A stretch of DNA of 64,000 nt from Barthelona sp. PCE (lineage: Eukaryota). Positions 1 to 15,000 of this stretch are shown piece after piece. The first letter of the stretch is position 1; each line of letters opens with the position of its first letter. The translations under genes were made by a program, and so were the position numbers. The DNA is taken from contig JAUFOR010000004.1 in the NCBI GenBank assembly GCA_040285745.1, positions 62,001 to 126,000 of the forward strand, given 5' to 3'. The notes beneath the pieces are model-generated. The model searched no databases, was not told the origin of the DNA, and worked only from the letters and a program-made list of their open reading frames with translations.

Positions 1-3000
1 ACTTCACTGTTCTTTTCACCAGTTGGATCTGATCTGATCTCCGTTCAGAAACTGCTTCACACAGGTGCAATCTTCCGTAACTTGGGTGATTTTGCTGCTC
101 GACCTGTTGATGGTGGTAGTAAGGATCCTTCAGTTATTCATGCAGAAGACAAAGCAATGATTGTGAATTCAGAATCTTCTACAATGGAGATCAAATCACT
201 CATGGCATTGTGGTATATTGGCGAATCTTCAACAGCCGTTGAAATGCCAATTTTCGAGAATGCAGGTACTCTGCTACTCAACACACAAGCTAAAGTAATT
301 GTAGATTTTGTCTTTAAGCAATCTGGTGATCTTCACCTTGAACTTGCAGAAATTGTTCTCCGTCGTGGTGGTAGCGCTACTAATGGACAATTGCATCTGG
401 ATCTTATGTCACAGATGTATGTTGGACCTTCTACGGAGAGTTTTGATACACACGATCTCAATGAAACCATTTATTTCACAATGTCAGAGAATGCTCATTT
501 CTTCTGTGATTCTATCATGATTTTGGAAACTGATACGGTCTTTACTGTGTTAGGCAGTGCTAAATTTGGTGAAAAATCAAAGGCGGATATTCGTGGTGGA
601 GGTCTCATGATTGTTGATAACGCTACTGTTGATCCTTGGGGTATCCTTGATGTTGCTTGTGAATTTGTATTCAAAAACATCAGTGATGATATGCACTTTG
701 ACTACCTTATTGCTGGACCCGGTGGTGATGTTCGATTCGAAACTGGAGTTAATCAATCAATTGAAATTCTTTATGTTGATGATGGATATCGTAGCGGTTT
801 TGATACTGTTCATGTTATAAGTGTTATGAAGGTTCTTGGAGGTGGATTTAAGGGTAACGGTGTTACCATCACTGATGACATTTCCAATATTGATCTTGCA
901 AGTATTGTAAGTTCTGAGAACCATCAACTGCTTTTCCCTGTTCAAATCAGCAAATTTGAAACTAATGACTTCTTCTGGCGATTTGACAGCAATTCATTCA
1001 TTCATAACTATGATAGTTTACGATTTAGATCAGATGTAATGACTATCTTAGCTACAGGTTGTGATGCACCTGATTTTGTTTATCCAATGTGGATTAACCA
1101 CAATAATATCTCTGTTGAAACTGAGAAGGTTGACTTTGGTGCCATTTACTTTGGTGATTACGATTCTTTCCTTTACATTGATGATGAGGGTACATGGGTA
1201 CCAGGTTTGTCACCATCTAAGACCAGAAATCCTACTATTCATTTCCATCACGGTGCTGCTGGTAATGGTACTATTTGGATTCCTAACGGTCAGAATATCA
1301 TGTTCAACGATATTTCATTCATGGATGTTAATTCTACACTTCATGCACAGAACTCTCTTGTGCAAGTTGGTGCTATGGATAATTTCGGCTACTATTCTAC
1401 ATGGTTCTGTCATGACAATGAACACACATTCGGAACAAAGGGTCACGTCTGTCTTCTTAACGTTACTGTTCGAGGTTATGGACGATTCCTGATGCAACCG
1501 AACTCCACTTTCTGTCTCGACTCACGTATTAAGTTTGATGTTAATGTTACAATTGATTCTGACGTTATGCTTAAAGAGCTCGTAATCAATGGTAACTTCT
1601 GTATTTACCGTAGTATCAAGGTTTTAGAGCACTTTGAGTGGATTTCTGGTGAGTTACAATGTGGAGGTAGTATTATTGTATTGGGCAATGGTCTTGTACA
1701 CACAGATGAATATAAGGGTGTTGTGAATGGCACAACACTTGATAACCGTGGAACCATGCTTTTTGATGAAGACGCTTGGATCGCAGCAGATCCTCGCGCT
1801 CGTATTGTCAATCGAGCGAATGCAACACTTGAATTTGCACATAATGTCACGTTATATTTGCATGATTCGTATGAATGGTATAATATGACGACAGAAACCG
1901 GTGGTTGGCCGTATTTGGTTAATCAAGGTCGCTTCGTACGACAATCTGGTGATGGTGATATTGGATGGGCATTCCAACAGGACGACACTGGTGTATTTGA
2001 TATTTCCAGTGGTGCTGATGTGTATATGAGTGGCGTAGCAAACATTTCTGGTCTAGTTAATATTCTCAACACTGGCTCTGAAATGATATTCCTCAATGAT
2101 ACTCAGTTTATTGGTAACGGTACGATATATCTCGATAAGGGTCGATTTGCAGTGGATGATGTTGGTGCATCAGTGTACTTCCGCAGTACTGGTGAATTGT
2201 CAGCCTCTCCTGAGAGCAACTTCGTACATCGCAAGGGTCGCATTGTAGTAGATTCCCCGAATTTCAGCATTACGATCCCCAATCTAAAGGTAAGTGATGT
2301 TGGGTCACAGGTTGTGTTCAACACAGTCAGTTGTCCTTTCTACATTCCATCTCTTGAAATTGTGAACAAGGCTGAAGTTATGTTTGACACTGATTGTGAT
2401 AATATTAGGGTTGCTAACTTTACAATTAATGACGCAATTCGTTCAGGCAACGATGATGTCAAGGCTCTTGAGAATTTGATTACATCTGATATGATGTTTA
2501 AGGATGGCGGTTCTATTACCATTCTTGCTAATGCCTCATTCAGAGCTACCAGCGATCTCACAATGATTGATACTTCTTCATTTATCTTCAATGAAGAATC
2601 AGAGTCCACGTTTACCGCTTTGTCACTCATTATGAATGATGATACTCGTTTACATGTTAGTGGTGACATTAGCCATGTGGGAAGCGTTAACTATATCAAC
2701 ACAACTGACAGCACTGCTGAGATTCATGTGTATCCTACAGGTGAAATCAAGCAGGCTACAACAGCTGTTTCAAACATTTATGTTAACATTTGGACAAACG
2801 GTAGTATTCATGCTCTTGATGACAAGGTATACCTTCATTCTAACATCACTTGTCTCAATGGAAATATTACGGCTGATTCTGAGATGTACTTCACAGGATC
2901 ATCCAACGTTTATATTGGTGGTGATTGTGTTCTTCAAGGAAGCGGTGATCTGTACATTCAATCACATACCTTGATGGAAGATGGTATCCTAGACTTCAGT

Positions 3001-6000
3001 GGCTGTATTTATATTGAAAAACCTGATGGATTTTTGGAAATTGTTGGTGGTTATGTTGAGAGTCTACACATCTGTAGAGTTGAGAACAATGTTCGCATAT
3101 TCAATATTTCGATGAACGCCTTTGACATTGATCTCTTTGTTGATGGTGAAATCAACGTTGAGAACGTAACTGTTACATCAATTATTATTGATGATGTCAT
3201 GGGTTCAGATTCCAGTCATGATCAGGTTTTCAACATTTTGAACACAACAGTTGATCTCTTAACACTTCCAAAGTCACGTGAGGGTTCCTTCAATATCTAC
3301 GATTCTGATGTTGATAGCGTTGATACTCTTAACTTTATTTTCGGTCACTCTTACAATGACGGTCACTTCCTTAACTGTTTCTCTGGTTATCTGAACCTTA
3401 ATGGTACTGCTATTGAGATTAATCGTGGTGGTATCAACGTCCATAGTGCTTGTTCAGTGCTTTTTAACAACACTGATGTCAGATTATTGAGCAAGGGTGA
3501 TATTGATATTGCTAATGGTTCATTAGTTGAAGGAAGTATCATTGACAACATCTATTGTCAAAACGGTATGCTCCGTTCGAATGACACTACTCTCCTCACA
3601 ATCAACACAACTGATATCAGAGGTTGTGCAGTTGGTGGTGTCAATGTAGATATTCCATATCTTGATATTCGTGAGGGTGGTTTGTTTGGTACATTAAATC
3701 TTACTAATTCGTTCCACATTCATGGTACTAGCGCGATTCACATTTCAAATGATACATTCATCACTCTTGACAATGGTTTATGGGAAGATGGTAAGGTATT
3801 CATTGGTGATAGCGCATACATTCACTGTCCTGTTGATTGTGCATTCGTTATGGATAGACCTGCTGGTATCTTTGAAGAAGACGATGTATCCAATTATGCT
3901 CATATGCAAATTGATGGCACTCTGAATATCACAGCTCGCTCATCCACTGAGTTTGAAATTGTGCTCAACAACACAGGTTCAATCTATCAAGACAATGGTA
4001 TTTGGGAGATTTATCGTGGTGGTGTTACTTACAATAATGGTTCAATTATTTTAACAGATAACAATGCGGAATTCCGTTTGAAGTCTCCTTATCTGTTTGA
4101 TGAAGAGTCTTATCTTTACTCAAATGGTACAATTGGACTTCGTCAGTTTAACGCCAACCTCACTTCTTATGGTTATGTTCACGTGTGCGACCCTGGTGAA
4201 ATTTACATTAAGGGTGGTGCTTTACGTCTACACGGTGCTGTAGTTGAGTGCATTGACACTGAATACTATGATGGTGACATTGATTTCGAACCGACCACTG
4301 AGGGTTGTGATATTCTTTTCCCTTGGGTTGAGGACCTTGCAGATTTTGATGATATTCGTGAAATTTGCCAAATTTGGATTGGTGAGCTTCGTGATGACGG
4401 TGAAGTCACATTCTACAATGGTGATACAGAGTTATTCCATATTGAATGGATTAAGAAGGGTCCCATTTACTTTGGTATGGGTAGTTATATTGGTTCTATG
4501 CATGTCGATCGTATGGATGAAAGTACATGGATTCTTGGTAATGGTACGATCGTTGATGAAATCACAACAATGGTTTTAACTGAAAGTGTCTCACAATTTA
4601 TTGTGAAGGAAAACGCAACAGTCAACGCAACCAACGCAAGCTTTACTGTTACAGATGGTGTTGTTTTATTCGATACCAACGCTCAAGTTGTTGCTGATTG
4701 TCTTCATCTGATTCTTGATGGTTCCGCTGAATTTATAATTAAAGAAAACGGTGCACAAGATCCCATAAGAATTTGTAGTGCTGTGCTTAGTGATACAGCT
4801 TCTATCCAAATTTATGATGGTGCTAATGTGATAATTGAAGAGCTTGTCATGAACGATGAATCAAGTATCGATTCAACAACACTCGTCAATGTTACAGGTA
4901 CGGTAGATATTAGCGGTGGAAGTATTGGTAATGATACTGTGCTTGGATTTGATGGTTCTTCAACTGTTGGTTTCAGTTTGAGTGATCCATTCACATTTGG
5001 TTTTGGATCCTATGTTGAATTCCACAGTAACGTAACTGTTGAAGGTAATTCTCCTCTCATTTTCAGTGATGATGCTAGAGTTTTCAACTACTACAGATTT
5101 ACAATCGAGGAAGAGAAAGCTTTCGTTATGGAAGCTGTTGGTGTTGGTACTGGTAAGTTTACTAACAAACGTGGCGGTATATTTACGTTCAAGGGTAGTG
5201 ATAACCCTTCGAAATTCGATATTATCAGATGTAAGATCCGCAATGATGGTGAACTGAACATTGATGCTAATGGAACTACAGGTGGTTTATTCCTTGAAGG
5301 AGAACTTACAAATGATTGGATATTCAATATGGACTCCAATCTGCAGTTAACTGTTCGTAAGGATGGTTCTCTCATTAACAACAAGAATATGATTGATACA
5401 AACACAACGTTCAGTCAGGCAGTTATCTCAATCAAGGGTGACTCTTCACATACACCTTCTTTTATTCAGAATGACGTCCTCACCACTAAGGCAAATCTAT
5501 TTGCGTCAGATGCAACGGTTAACTTCACCGAATCGTCTGTCTCACAAGGTATTTCAAAGGCGTATATCCTGGATGAAGCAACTCTCGATATTTCTGGCCA
5601 ATATATTACCCCACTCAACCTTCATGACACATCTGGTGTTGTCAGTGTTGTTAACAACGGTAATATCAAGGTTGGTTATGTTCAGATCACTGATAATGAT
5701 GGATTGTTCCAAACTACTTCCGGTGGTACAGCTATTTGTGATGATTTCACTAGTTTTGTTCTTGATCACGGTAAGGTTCAATTGGGTGATTTTTCATCTG
5801 TTGAGTTACGTGGTTCAATCGAGTTGAATAACGATGGTGAGTTTTTCATTGGTCGGATTAACAATGACAGTATACTTCGTCCTAATGAAATCACACTTAA
5901 TGATGAAACAAGTTTCTCTGCTAACTGTGAACCTTCAATCATTGTTACTTTGAATGAAGTAACACAAAACGATGACAGTAACTTCGGTGGAACATCTGCT

Positions 6001-9000
6001 ATGGAGCTTGTTGGAGTTTTCGATATGATTGATGGTAATATAGTTGATTCTGGAGAAATGGCTGTGCGTACAGGCGCCAATTTCAATGTCAAACAAGGTG
6101 GTACAAAGACCATATCCAAATTTAACATTAATGTTGAAGGTGAGTTCAATATTGCTGATCGTTTTGATGGTAGTGATGATGCTCTCATTGTCAACACAAA
6201 CACAGGTTCAATCGTTATGACAGACAATGCTGAGTTCCAATCTTCTAATAATGATGCTTATATTCACAATAACGGTACCATGAATCAAACTTCAACAGAA
6301 ACGGTTCCTTTGAACTGGAATATCGATTCTTCTGGTGAATTCTATCTTGAGAATGGTACACTTCTGATGCAAAAGCCTTCTATGTTCCACAACTATGGTA
6401 GCTTTAGTATTTCTGACCCATCATATTGGATGATCGAGAATAACTTAGTTAACCATTTCCCTGCATTAATCAGTGGTGATGGTATAATATTCATGCAAAA
6501 CGATGCTGATGTTATTAACCGTGGTGACATTAACTTAGCTACTCCAGCTATTGTAATTGGTGGTGCAAAACTAACAATGCTTGACAGTGATCCTGTTGAG
6601 AAACTTCCTCTGGTAATTGATACAGATGGTAGTGTTGTTATTGATGGTGGTGTGATTTCTGATTTGAGCGCAAAACTCAATGGTACTACACCAACTTCTT
6701 CTCTTACTGTTACAACTGGTACTGTTTCAAACTTTACCAGTCTTGAGCTTATGAATGAAGGTAGCGTTATTCTCGAAGGTGGTTCTGTTATCTTTGACTG
6801 GTCCCGTATTGAAATGTGGGATAACACTGATATCATTGTTCGTGACAACATGATTGTTGAACTTGAGAACACTGATGTTATCCTTCATGATAACACGTAT
6901 TTCAAAGGTGCTGATTCACTAGACAATGTCAATGTTTGGACATTCGATGAAGTCATAATTAATGATAACGCTATCTTTGATCTTAGTGTTCCCGCTCTTC
7001 AAACCATTAACAAACTAACCATCTTGGATAGTGGTATTCGTGAAGGTTCTTCAACAATCAACATTGTTAATGATATGGAATGGGTAGCGGGTACAGTGCG
7101 TGGTGCTGGTGAAACTGAAATCATCTATGGAGCTGAACTCAACATTGCTGATACAAATGGTCGCGTTTACATTGGCGGTGATCATGAGTTACGTATTGTT
7201 GGTAAAGCACATGTTCTTAATGATGTCACAGTTGAAGCACTAAATTCTACAGATAGTTTAATCCGTGTTGTTAACGGTGGTGTGCTCAATATGACTGATG
7301 CAAATTTCGAAGGCGGTGCACGCATCTTCGTCGAGACATCGAGTGATTTGAGATTAGAGAAGGGTGTTCAAAGCCTAGACGCAGATATCCTTGTCAGTGG
7401 TATTGCTACTTGTGCAGATTGTTCTGCTACATTAAAGAATCTCTTTGAACTTAACGGTGATGCTTCTATAGAGGGTGTCGGTGATGTTAATGTTTGGGAT
7501 GATATGTCAATTACTTCATCTGGTAATCTATTTGGCGCAATTGGTACAGAAATCAACATTTTAAACAATGGTGTATTACGTACCGATCAGTCTAGTCATA
7601 TAGATGCAGTCATTAATGTATTCGATGGTCTTCTTCTTCTGAATAGTGGTGATGCAAACCGCTTGAATATCACTTTGGATGATGCTGCAGCAAATCTTAC
7701 ATGTGTTGCAGAAACTATTCTATCAATGGATCTTCTGGTAAACTCCGGTCAGGTATTTTTCCAACCTGGTTGTACAGTGCAACATCTATCTCCTGTCATC
7801 ATTAACGATGGTCAGGTTTACATTGAAGGTGCTACTATCAGCCTTGAGTATTCTCCTGTGACCCTCAACAACCCTACATCAGTATTTGAAATCAATTCAA
7901 GTAATATGAGAATTCAGAACACTGATTTAACGATCAATGAAGGTTTGTTCAATATTACTGGTGATACAGAAACATCAGATCGATTCAGGAACGTTAAAAT
8001 TTTCAACAACGGTCAGTTTAATATTGATGAACAATCACATGAATTGTACATTTATGAAACGTTACTTGATGATGGTACATTCTCAGGAGCTGCTGATGTT
8101 CATTCACACAACATTATATGGCGTGCAGGAACCATCACTGGTCCATCGACAATTCGCTCTTCTGCTGTTGTAACTCTTGAAACAGTAGCTCACAAGTATC
8201 TTAAGGATGGACGTACTTTGGAGACTGGAGAAACAACTCTTTTCAACGATGGTACTCTTCATGGTGGTTACAACACTACTTTTAGGAACTGGGGTATTTT
8301 CACAGTTAATAATTTGGGACAATTCATAAATGATGTTCCTGAAAATGAGACTTTAGTCTCTGGACCTCATTTCCTTAATAATAATCAGTTTAATATGAAC
8401 GCTGATGTTACTGATGATTTCTACATGAATTGGAAGTTCACCCACTCTGAACCAGCAACTATGTCACTCGACTCAGGTCGTATGCATTTCAATGCTATTG
8501 GTTTGGCTGATTTTATTGGAGATATTGTTGTTTCTGAAGATGCTGTCATGGATTTCGATGATACAAATGCTTTGTTTGAAGAACTCAGTAGCATCATTGT
8601 TCGTGGTGTTATTTCCACAACTGATTGTCTTGCTAACGTAACCTTCAACGGTGATGTTAATATTCCTGGTGATATGATGATTGTTTGTGGTAATGTATAT
8701 GTACAACATGCAACTGTTGACAATCTCAACGCAACAGTCAAGAGTGCAGGTACTATGAGCGTAGAGTACACAACAGTCGCCACGCTAAATTACAAGAATA
8801 TTCTCAGTCTTGGTTCTGTTACTATGCGCAATTCTAACATCAATACCATTCAAGACATTAACGTTCACGATGGATCATTCAGAATTGATGATTCAGAATT
8901 CAACCTTTCTAATGACACCTTATTCCACACAACCAACGAAAATGCTGTTTTTGTACTTGGTGACAACCTTATCTTACCAAATATCGATTATGCAACCATT

Positions 9001-12000
9001 CTTATTGAGGATGGTCATTTCACAATCAACCCAACATCACATACTGATGAGCTCTCATTCGGACTCATTCAGATCAAGGGTTCAACATTGGAGAAGGCTA
9101 CTTTAGAAGCTAATATACCACACAACCTGAGCGCTCTCATCATTGAGGTTAATCAGGGTTTGAGTGTTGGTGAATCCCGTCTTATTGCCTATGATGAGCT
9201 TCGTTGGACTGGTGGTGGTTTTGTTGGTCCTACCGAGACGTATTCTATGACTGATCTGACAATTGCTGGTACCGTTCCAATGTATCTGGATGAAGGTCAT
9301 AGTTTGTGGAACTTTGGTAATACTTCATTCACACAAGGTATCATCAATGCTGGTGAGTATACTAATATCATCAACCGTCCTTATGCTATGTTTGAAATTG
9401 GTGGTGGTGGTGATATTGTCATTGCAAATGGTACTGGTGACAGTTTCCCTTACATTTTCAATATGGAGAACGCAACACTTTTGAAGACAGGTGCCCCTGT
9501 GAAGTTTAACCTCTTACCTGCTTTACGCAATGAAGGTTTGATGCATGTTGAGAGTGGTATACTAGCTATTGGTACTGATTCATGGTCTAATGGAGATACA
9601 CTAATTGAAGACAATTGCATTCTTGAGCTTACAGGAGACTTTAAGTTCACTGCTGATTCTTATATTGAAGGTATTGGTGAGCTTCACTTAACGAAATCTA
9701 CTTCTAACGTAACTGTTTTTGGTGTTTTCAACCAAAGTGGTGATGTCATCATCTTTGATGGTGATATCTACTTTAACAATGGTTCTTCCATTGATTACAT
9801 GAGTCTACGTGTTCGTGGTGGTAACAGTCACTTCTTAGATGGATCAGTAGTTCCACATATGTCTGTACCTGAAGTTTCTGCGGGTGAGGTGATCATTTAT
9901 GATGGTGGTATCACAAACCAGATATCAAAGCTTGATGTAAGTGGAACGGGTAAGGTAGATATCCAATCAGGCTCATTCTTCAATATGACTGATGGTGAAA
10001 TGCGCATTGCTGGATCTGGTGAGATTCTGTTCGCCAATAACTCCAATGGTAATATTATTGATTCCGTATTTACTCTATCTGGAGGTAATCTCATTCTTGA
10101 TTATCATTCCGTTAACACAGCTAACTTCTCAGATTGTACGTTTTTGGGTGGTATTCTTGAAACTTACCTTCCTATTACCACTTACTGTGTGAACTTAACA
10201 ATGACAGGTGGTATTCGTAAAGGTAGCGGTGACCTAGTTATCCTTGAAAATGGTGAGGTCATTGGTGGACGTCTTCAGGACGGATCTGTAACTACCATTA
10301 TGGGTTATATGGATCTTCATCCAACAAACACTCTATTTATTGAGTTCAGTCACGTTCTTCAAAACAATGGTTCATCCATCTGGCACAACGGTGTAATCCG
10401 TGCCGATGAAACATCTGTTCTGCACAACCATGCAGGCGCCACTCTCGAGATTACAGATGTTGCAACTATAAGTGCAATTTCTTCTCAACCACCCTTGTTC
10501 CAAAATGATGGTTTGTTAAAGAAGACTGCCTCAAGTCCGTTCACCCTCACTGTACGCTTCTGGAACACTCTCGAAGCTTCTACTGAGATTCTTTCTGGAT
10601 CTATGGTAATTTTAGGTACTGCCTTGAATGATGGTTATTTCTTCCTCGATGATGCTACTGACGTCACTGTCAATGATGGTGTATTACGTTTTGGAGAGGA
10701 GAGTATCTTCCAAGGTCCTGGTTCTCTAACTCTTAACCATGTTAACGCTTTTGTATTTGCTGACGGTTTTATGAACGTTACAGGAAAGTACCAGGTTAAT
10801 AATGGTCACCTTTACTTTAATGGATCACTCCTTAATGTTTCAACCATTGATTTGATTGTGAACAATGGTGAGTGTCTGTTTGAGAATTGTTCTATCACTG
10901 AACTCCAAGTTGATATGAATGGTGGTTCCATTGAGATCCAACCTCTGGCTAACATATACCAATTGACTACATTAGACGTATCAGGTGGTGATACAACTGT
11001 GCAGAATGGTGCTTTTGTCAAGGCTTACAATAGTGTCTTCAAACACACTGGCGGAAACTTCTTCATTAGTCAAAATGCTACAGTTGATATTGTCGGTTCC
11101 AACATCACACAAAGTGGTGGATACGTTGAGTTTGATAGTTTTAGTTTTGTCAACGTCAACTTTACATACTGTGAGCTAACTGGTGGTGAGTTGAAAACCA
11201 TGCTTCATGTGCCCACATTCTGTGACACATACAAACAAACAGGTGGTACTCGTTCAGGTGAAGGTGATGTCATTGTACATGATTATCTTGAACTTGTTGG
11301 AGGTCGTATTATTGATAATTCAACAACGATTTCTGAGTCTGAAATGTTGGTGACAGCCACCAACACGTTATACATGGAAACTGGTCACCAAATCATTAAC
11401 CACGGCAATGCTTCCTTTTTGAATGGTGTAATCAGAGGACATGGTTCAACAGGAATCTACAATTCACCAACTGGTGATTTACAGATCAGTGATTCTATCA
11501 CATATTCTACATCAGATTCCACTCAACCTACTCTAATCAACGATGGTTTGTTGGTAAAGGTTGGACCAAATTCATTCATTGCAACAGTTAATGTTATTAA
11601 TAACAATGACTTTATTGTCAGCAAGGGTTCTTTCGATATTCGTGGTGATACCGTTACAAATGGAGAGCTATCTATTGAAGAGGATGCTGATGTGACGGTC
11701 AATAGCGGTGGCTCATTGATTGCCTCTGATACGAACAGAATTAGTGGTCTTGGTACTGTAATAATTAATCACTCAACTGCGACTGCATTCATAGATGGTA
11801 CTGAGCAATTCACCGGTGATTTTATCGTTAATCATGGTAACCTTTATGTGAATGGAACCAATATGAATGGAGATACTTTCAACCTCCGTCAGATTGGTGG
11901 TACAACTCACTTCGATGCTGTTGAAGTTAGCTACCTTAATGTTAAGGAAGCAACTGGTGGTATTATTGACTTCAATGAAGACAGTGTTATCATTAAACTG

Positions 12001-15000
12001 GCTAACTTAGATGTTAGTGGTTCTATTGTTAACTTCAACAACAAGTCAGACGTCTTCATTGATGATGGAAATATTACAATCTCAAGTGGTGCAATTCAAT
12101 TCCACGAAGGCGCAAGAGTACGTTCTTCAACTTCCCGTCTTAGCCAAACTGGTGGTGACGTCTCAATCGCTGAAAATTCATTCGTTTCAGAACCTCACTT
12201 TGACTACTGTGAGATGTTGGGAGGATTCATCACTGTCGACCAACAACTTCGTTGTGATGAAATGCTGCTTGACGGTGGCGTAAGATCAGGTAATGCTGAT
12301 GTATTCATTACAAATCTGCTCACTGTTGTTTCTGGTACACTTTCTGGCACTTCTCGTACTGTATCTGAAACTCAACTTCTGTTGAACTGTTCAGGTTCAT
12401 CAAACTTGCAAGACAACCACGAACTGACTGTCATTTCAGACGGTGATTTCTTTAGTGGCCAACTTAATATGCATTCATCTGCTTTGATCAACGTTACAAT
12501 TGGTTCAAAACTAACATTACACTCAAACGCTGTCTTAAATAATGTGGACGATGCTGCACACGCAACACTAGTCAATAATGGACAACTTGAGAAAGTTGGT
12601 ACTGGCGCATTTGAGGCTGAAGTTGATGTCATTAACAATGGTGATTTCAACATACTTGCTGGAGAATTTGTAATGGAGAATGATGCTGTTGTAATCAACA
12701 ATGATTACTGGAATACTCACGGTGGAGCAATTTCCCGTGTTCGTGATGCCAAATTCACTGCAATGAATACATCATTAATCAGTGGTAACGGTCGCTGGTT
12801 CCTTTCTAATACTGATGCCCTAGTTGAAGTGGATGGTGTAGTTGATACAGTCGGATGTTGGTTTGTAGAAAATGGTATTCTTTTGTTCAACGGCTCACAG
12901 CTCTCAATGAACAAGATTTGCATGTTTGTGTCTGGTGGTTTAATTGACATTGATTCAGCTGAAATAGTTGAACTTCTTGTCAATGATATGACTGCTGGTA
13001 ACTTCATCATTGAGAACAACGCTACAATCGATCAACTTTCTGTTTTGAAGCAGAGCGGTGGTTCATTCAACATTGAGAATTCTACAATTACATCAGATAC
13101 TGCTGAATTCGTATTCACAGGTGGTGATTTTGTTGCAGATGAGGGTAAACTTGCTATTCATGATTCAACGATGGTTGTCAAGGGTGGTGATGTCACATTC
13201 CTAGATGATTCAACTCCTCTTTTCAACATCACAGATCTTGAACTCACTAGCGGCAAGCTGACTGTAACTGATACTAATATGGATCACTACGTAGATCGCA
13301 TGATAATGAAGGGTGGATCACTCAACGGAGATTCTACTCTTACTGTTTACAATTTGACACTCATTGGTGGTACACTTGCTGATGCAGGTGTAACAGATGT
13401 ACTCACAGTACTCACACTTGATTGTTCTAATACACCAATTCTTACCCATACACACATTGTGCGTAATCATGATGAGGCATATTGGAATTCTGGCACTTTG
13501 CAAGTTGATGCAGATGCTCTCCTTCATAATGCTGACGGTGCTCAGATGTATTTGAGTGGCGGTGCTAACTATGAGAAGAATGGCGTTACTGAACCTGTTC
13601 TGCTCAACAATGGTGATCTGTTTAAGATCGACGATAACACATTCGCAACTTCAACAACATTTAACAATACTGGCAACGGTGTTGTTCATATCCAAGAAGG
13701 TATATTCCAAATCGATGGAACTACTAACCAGGATAATGTATGGATTTCAGATGGTGACACACGTATTATGGGAGACATGATCTTTGATAGAGACTCATTT
13801 ACTAATGGAACAGGTAATTTTGTACTCGACACATCAGCATCATTCACTAAGGTTTCTGGAACTGTTGATACAGATGGTGTTTGGATTGTCAATAATGGTC
13901 TCCTTAATTTCACTGGTGATGGATTAGATATCAATGACCTTCAACTCGATATCAATTATGGCACAACTAACATTGATGGTGCTAATATTGCAACCACAAC
14001 AATTACCGTTGATGATGGTGATCTCCATATCATTTCTTCTACTATTGATCAGTTAGACGTTCTTAATACTACACACACTAATTCCGTCGTTGACGTTGTT
14101 GGATCAACACTGACATCTGATAGAGGTGCATTTAACATTGAAGATGGTGAAGTGCAACTTTCTGATGATACAACCTTTGAGTCATCTGACTCTGTATTAA
14201 CTCAGGAAAGTGGTGTTATCACTCTGCTGAATGATGGTGCCACAATGCACATGAAATCAGTCATTCTCAACGATGGTGTTTTGAACGTTTCTTCTCGTGT
14301 TCCTCTCACGGTTGACGAGTTTGAAATGAATGGTGGTACTCGTACTGGTACAACCAACGTCAATGCTGATGAGCTTCGTTTCTATAACGGTGTTCTTGAT
14401 GGTAATGCTGTCACACAAGCTATTGATATACTTGACATCAATACTGCTTTAAGTCCTGAACTCAAGAATGATCACACACTCCACATGTTTGGAATCGCTG
14501 ACTGGAATGATGGAACACTACGTGCTTCAAATGACTCCCTGTTCTTAGTCGATTCTAGAGGTACGCTTAACATCACAGGTGACTCACATTTCCTCAAATC
14601 AGGACCACAAGAGCCTACACTTCAAAACAATGGAAAACTATTCAAGAATGGTAATGAACCATTCATTATTTCCGCCAACGTGGTAAATAATGGTGGTGTT
14701 AATATAGTTAACGGATCATTCGTTATTGAGGGACGTGCTGATAATAATAACAATTGGAAAACTGTATCTCCTGCTGAAACGATTGTGATTGATACTTTGA
14801 ATCTAGCTTCAACCAGCACATTAAGTGGAGATGGTACTTATCGTATTCAAGATCCTGCAGCTGTTGTTAACGGTGATGGTAACATATTCACTGATCAATG
14901 CTGGATGGTCGAACATGGTTCTGTGCTCCTTGATGGTACCTCATTATCTACCAGTATTCTTTGCATGAATGTCACTGCTACTGACTCACTTGTCAACATT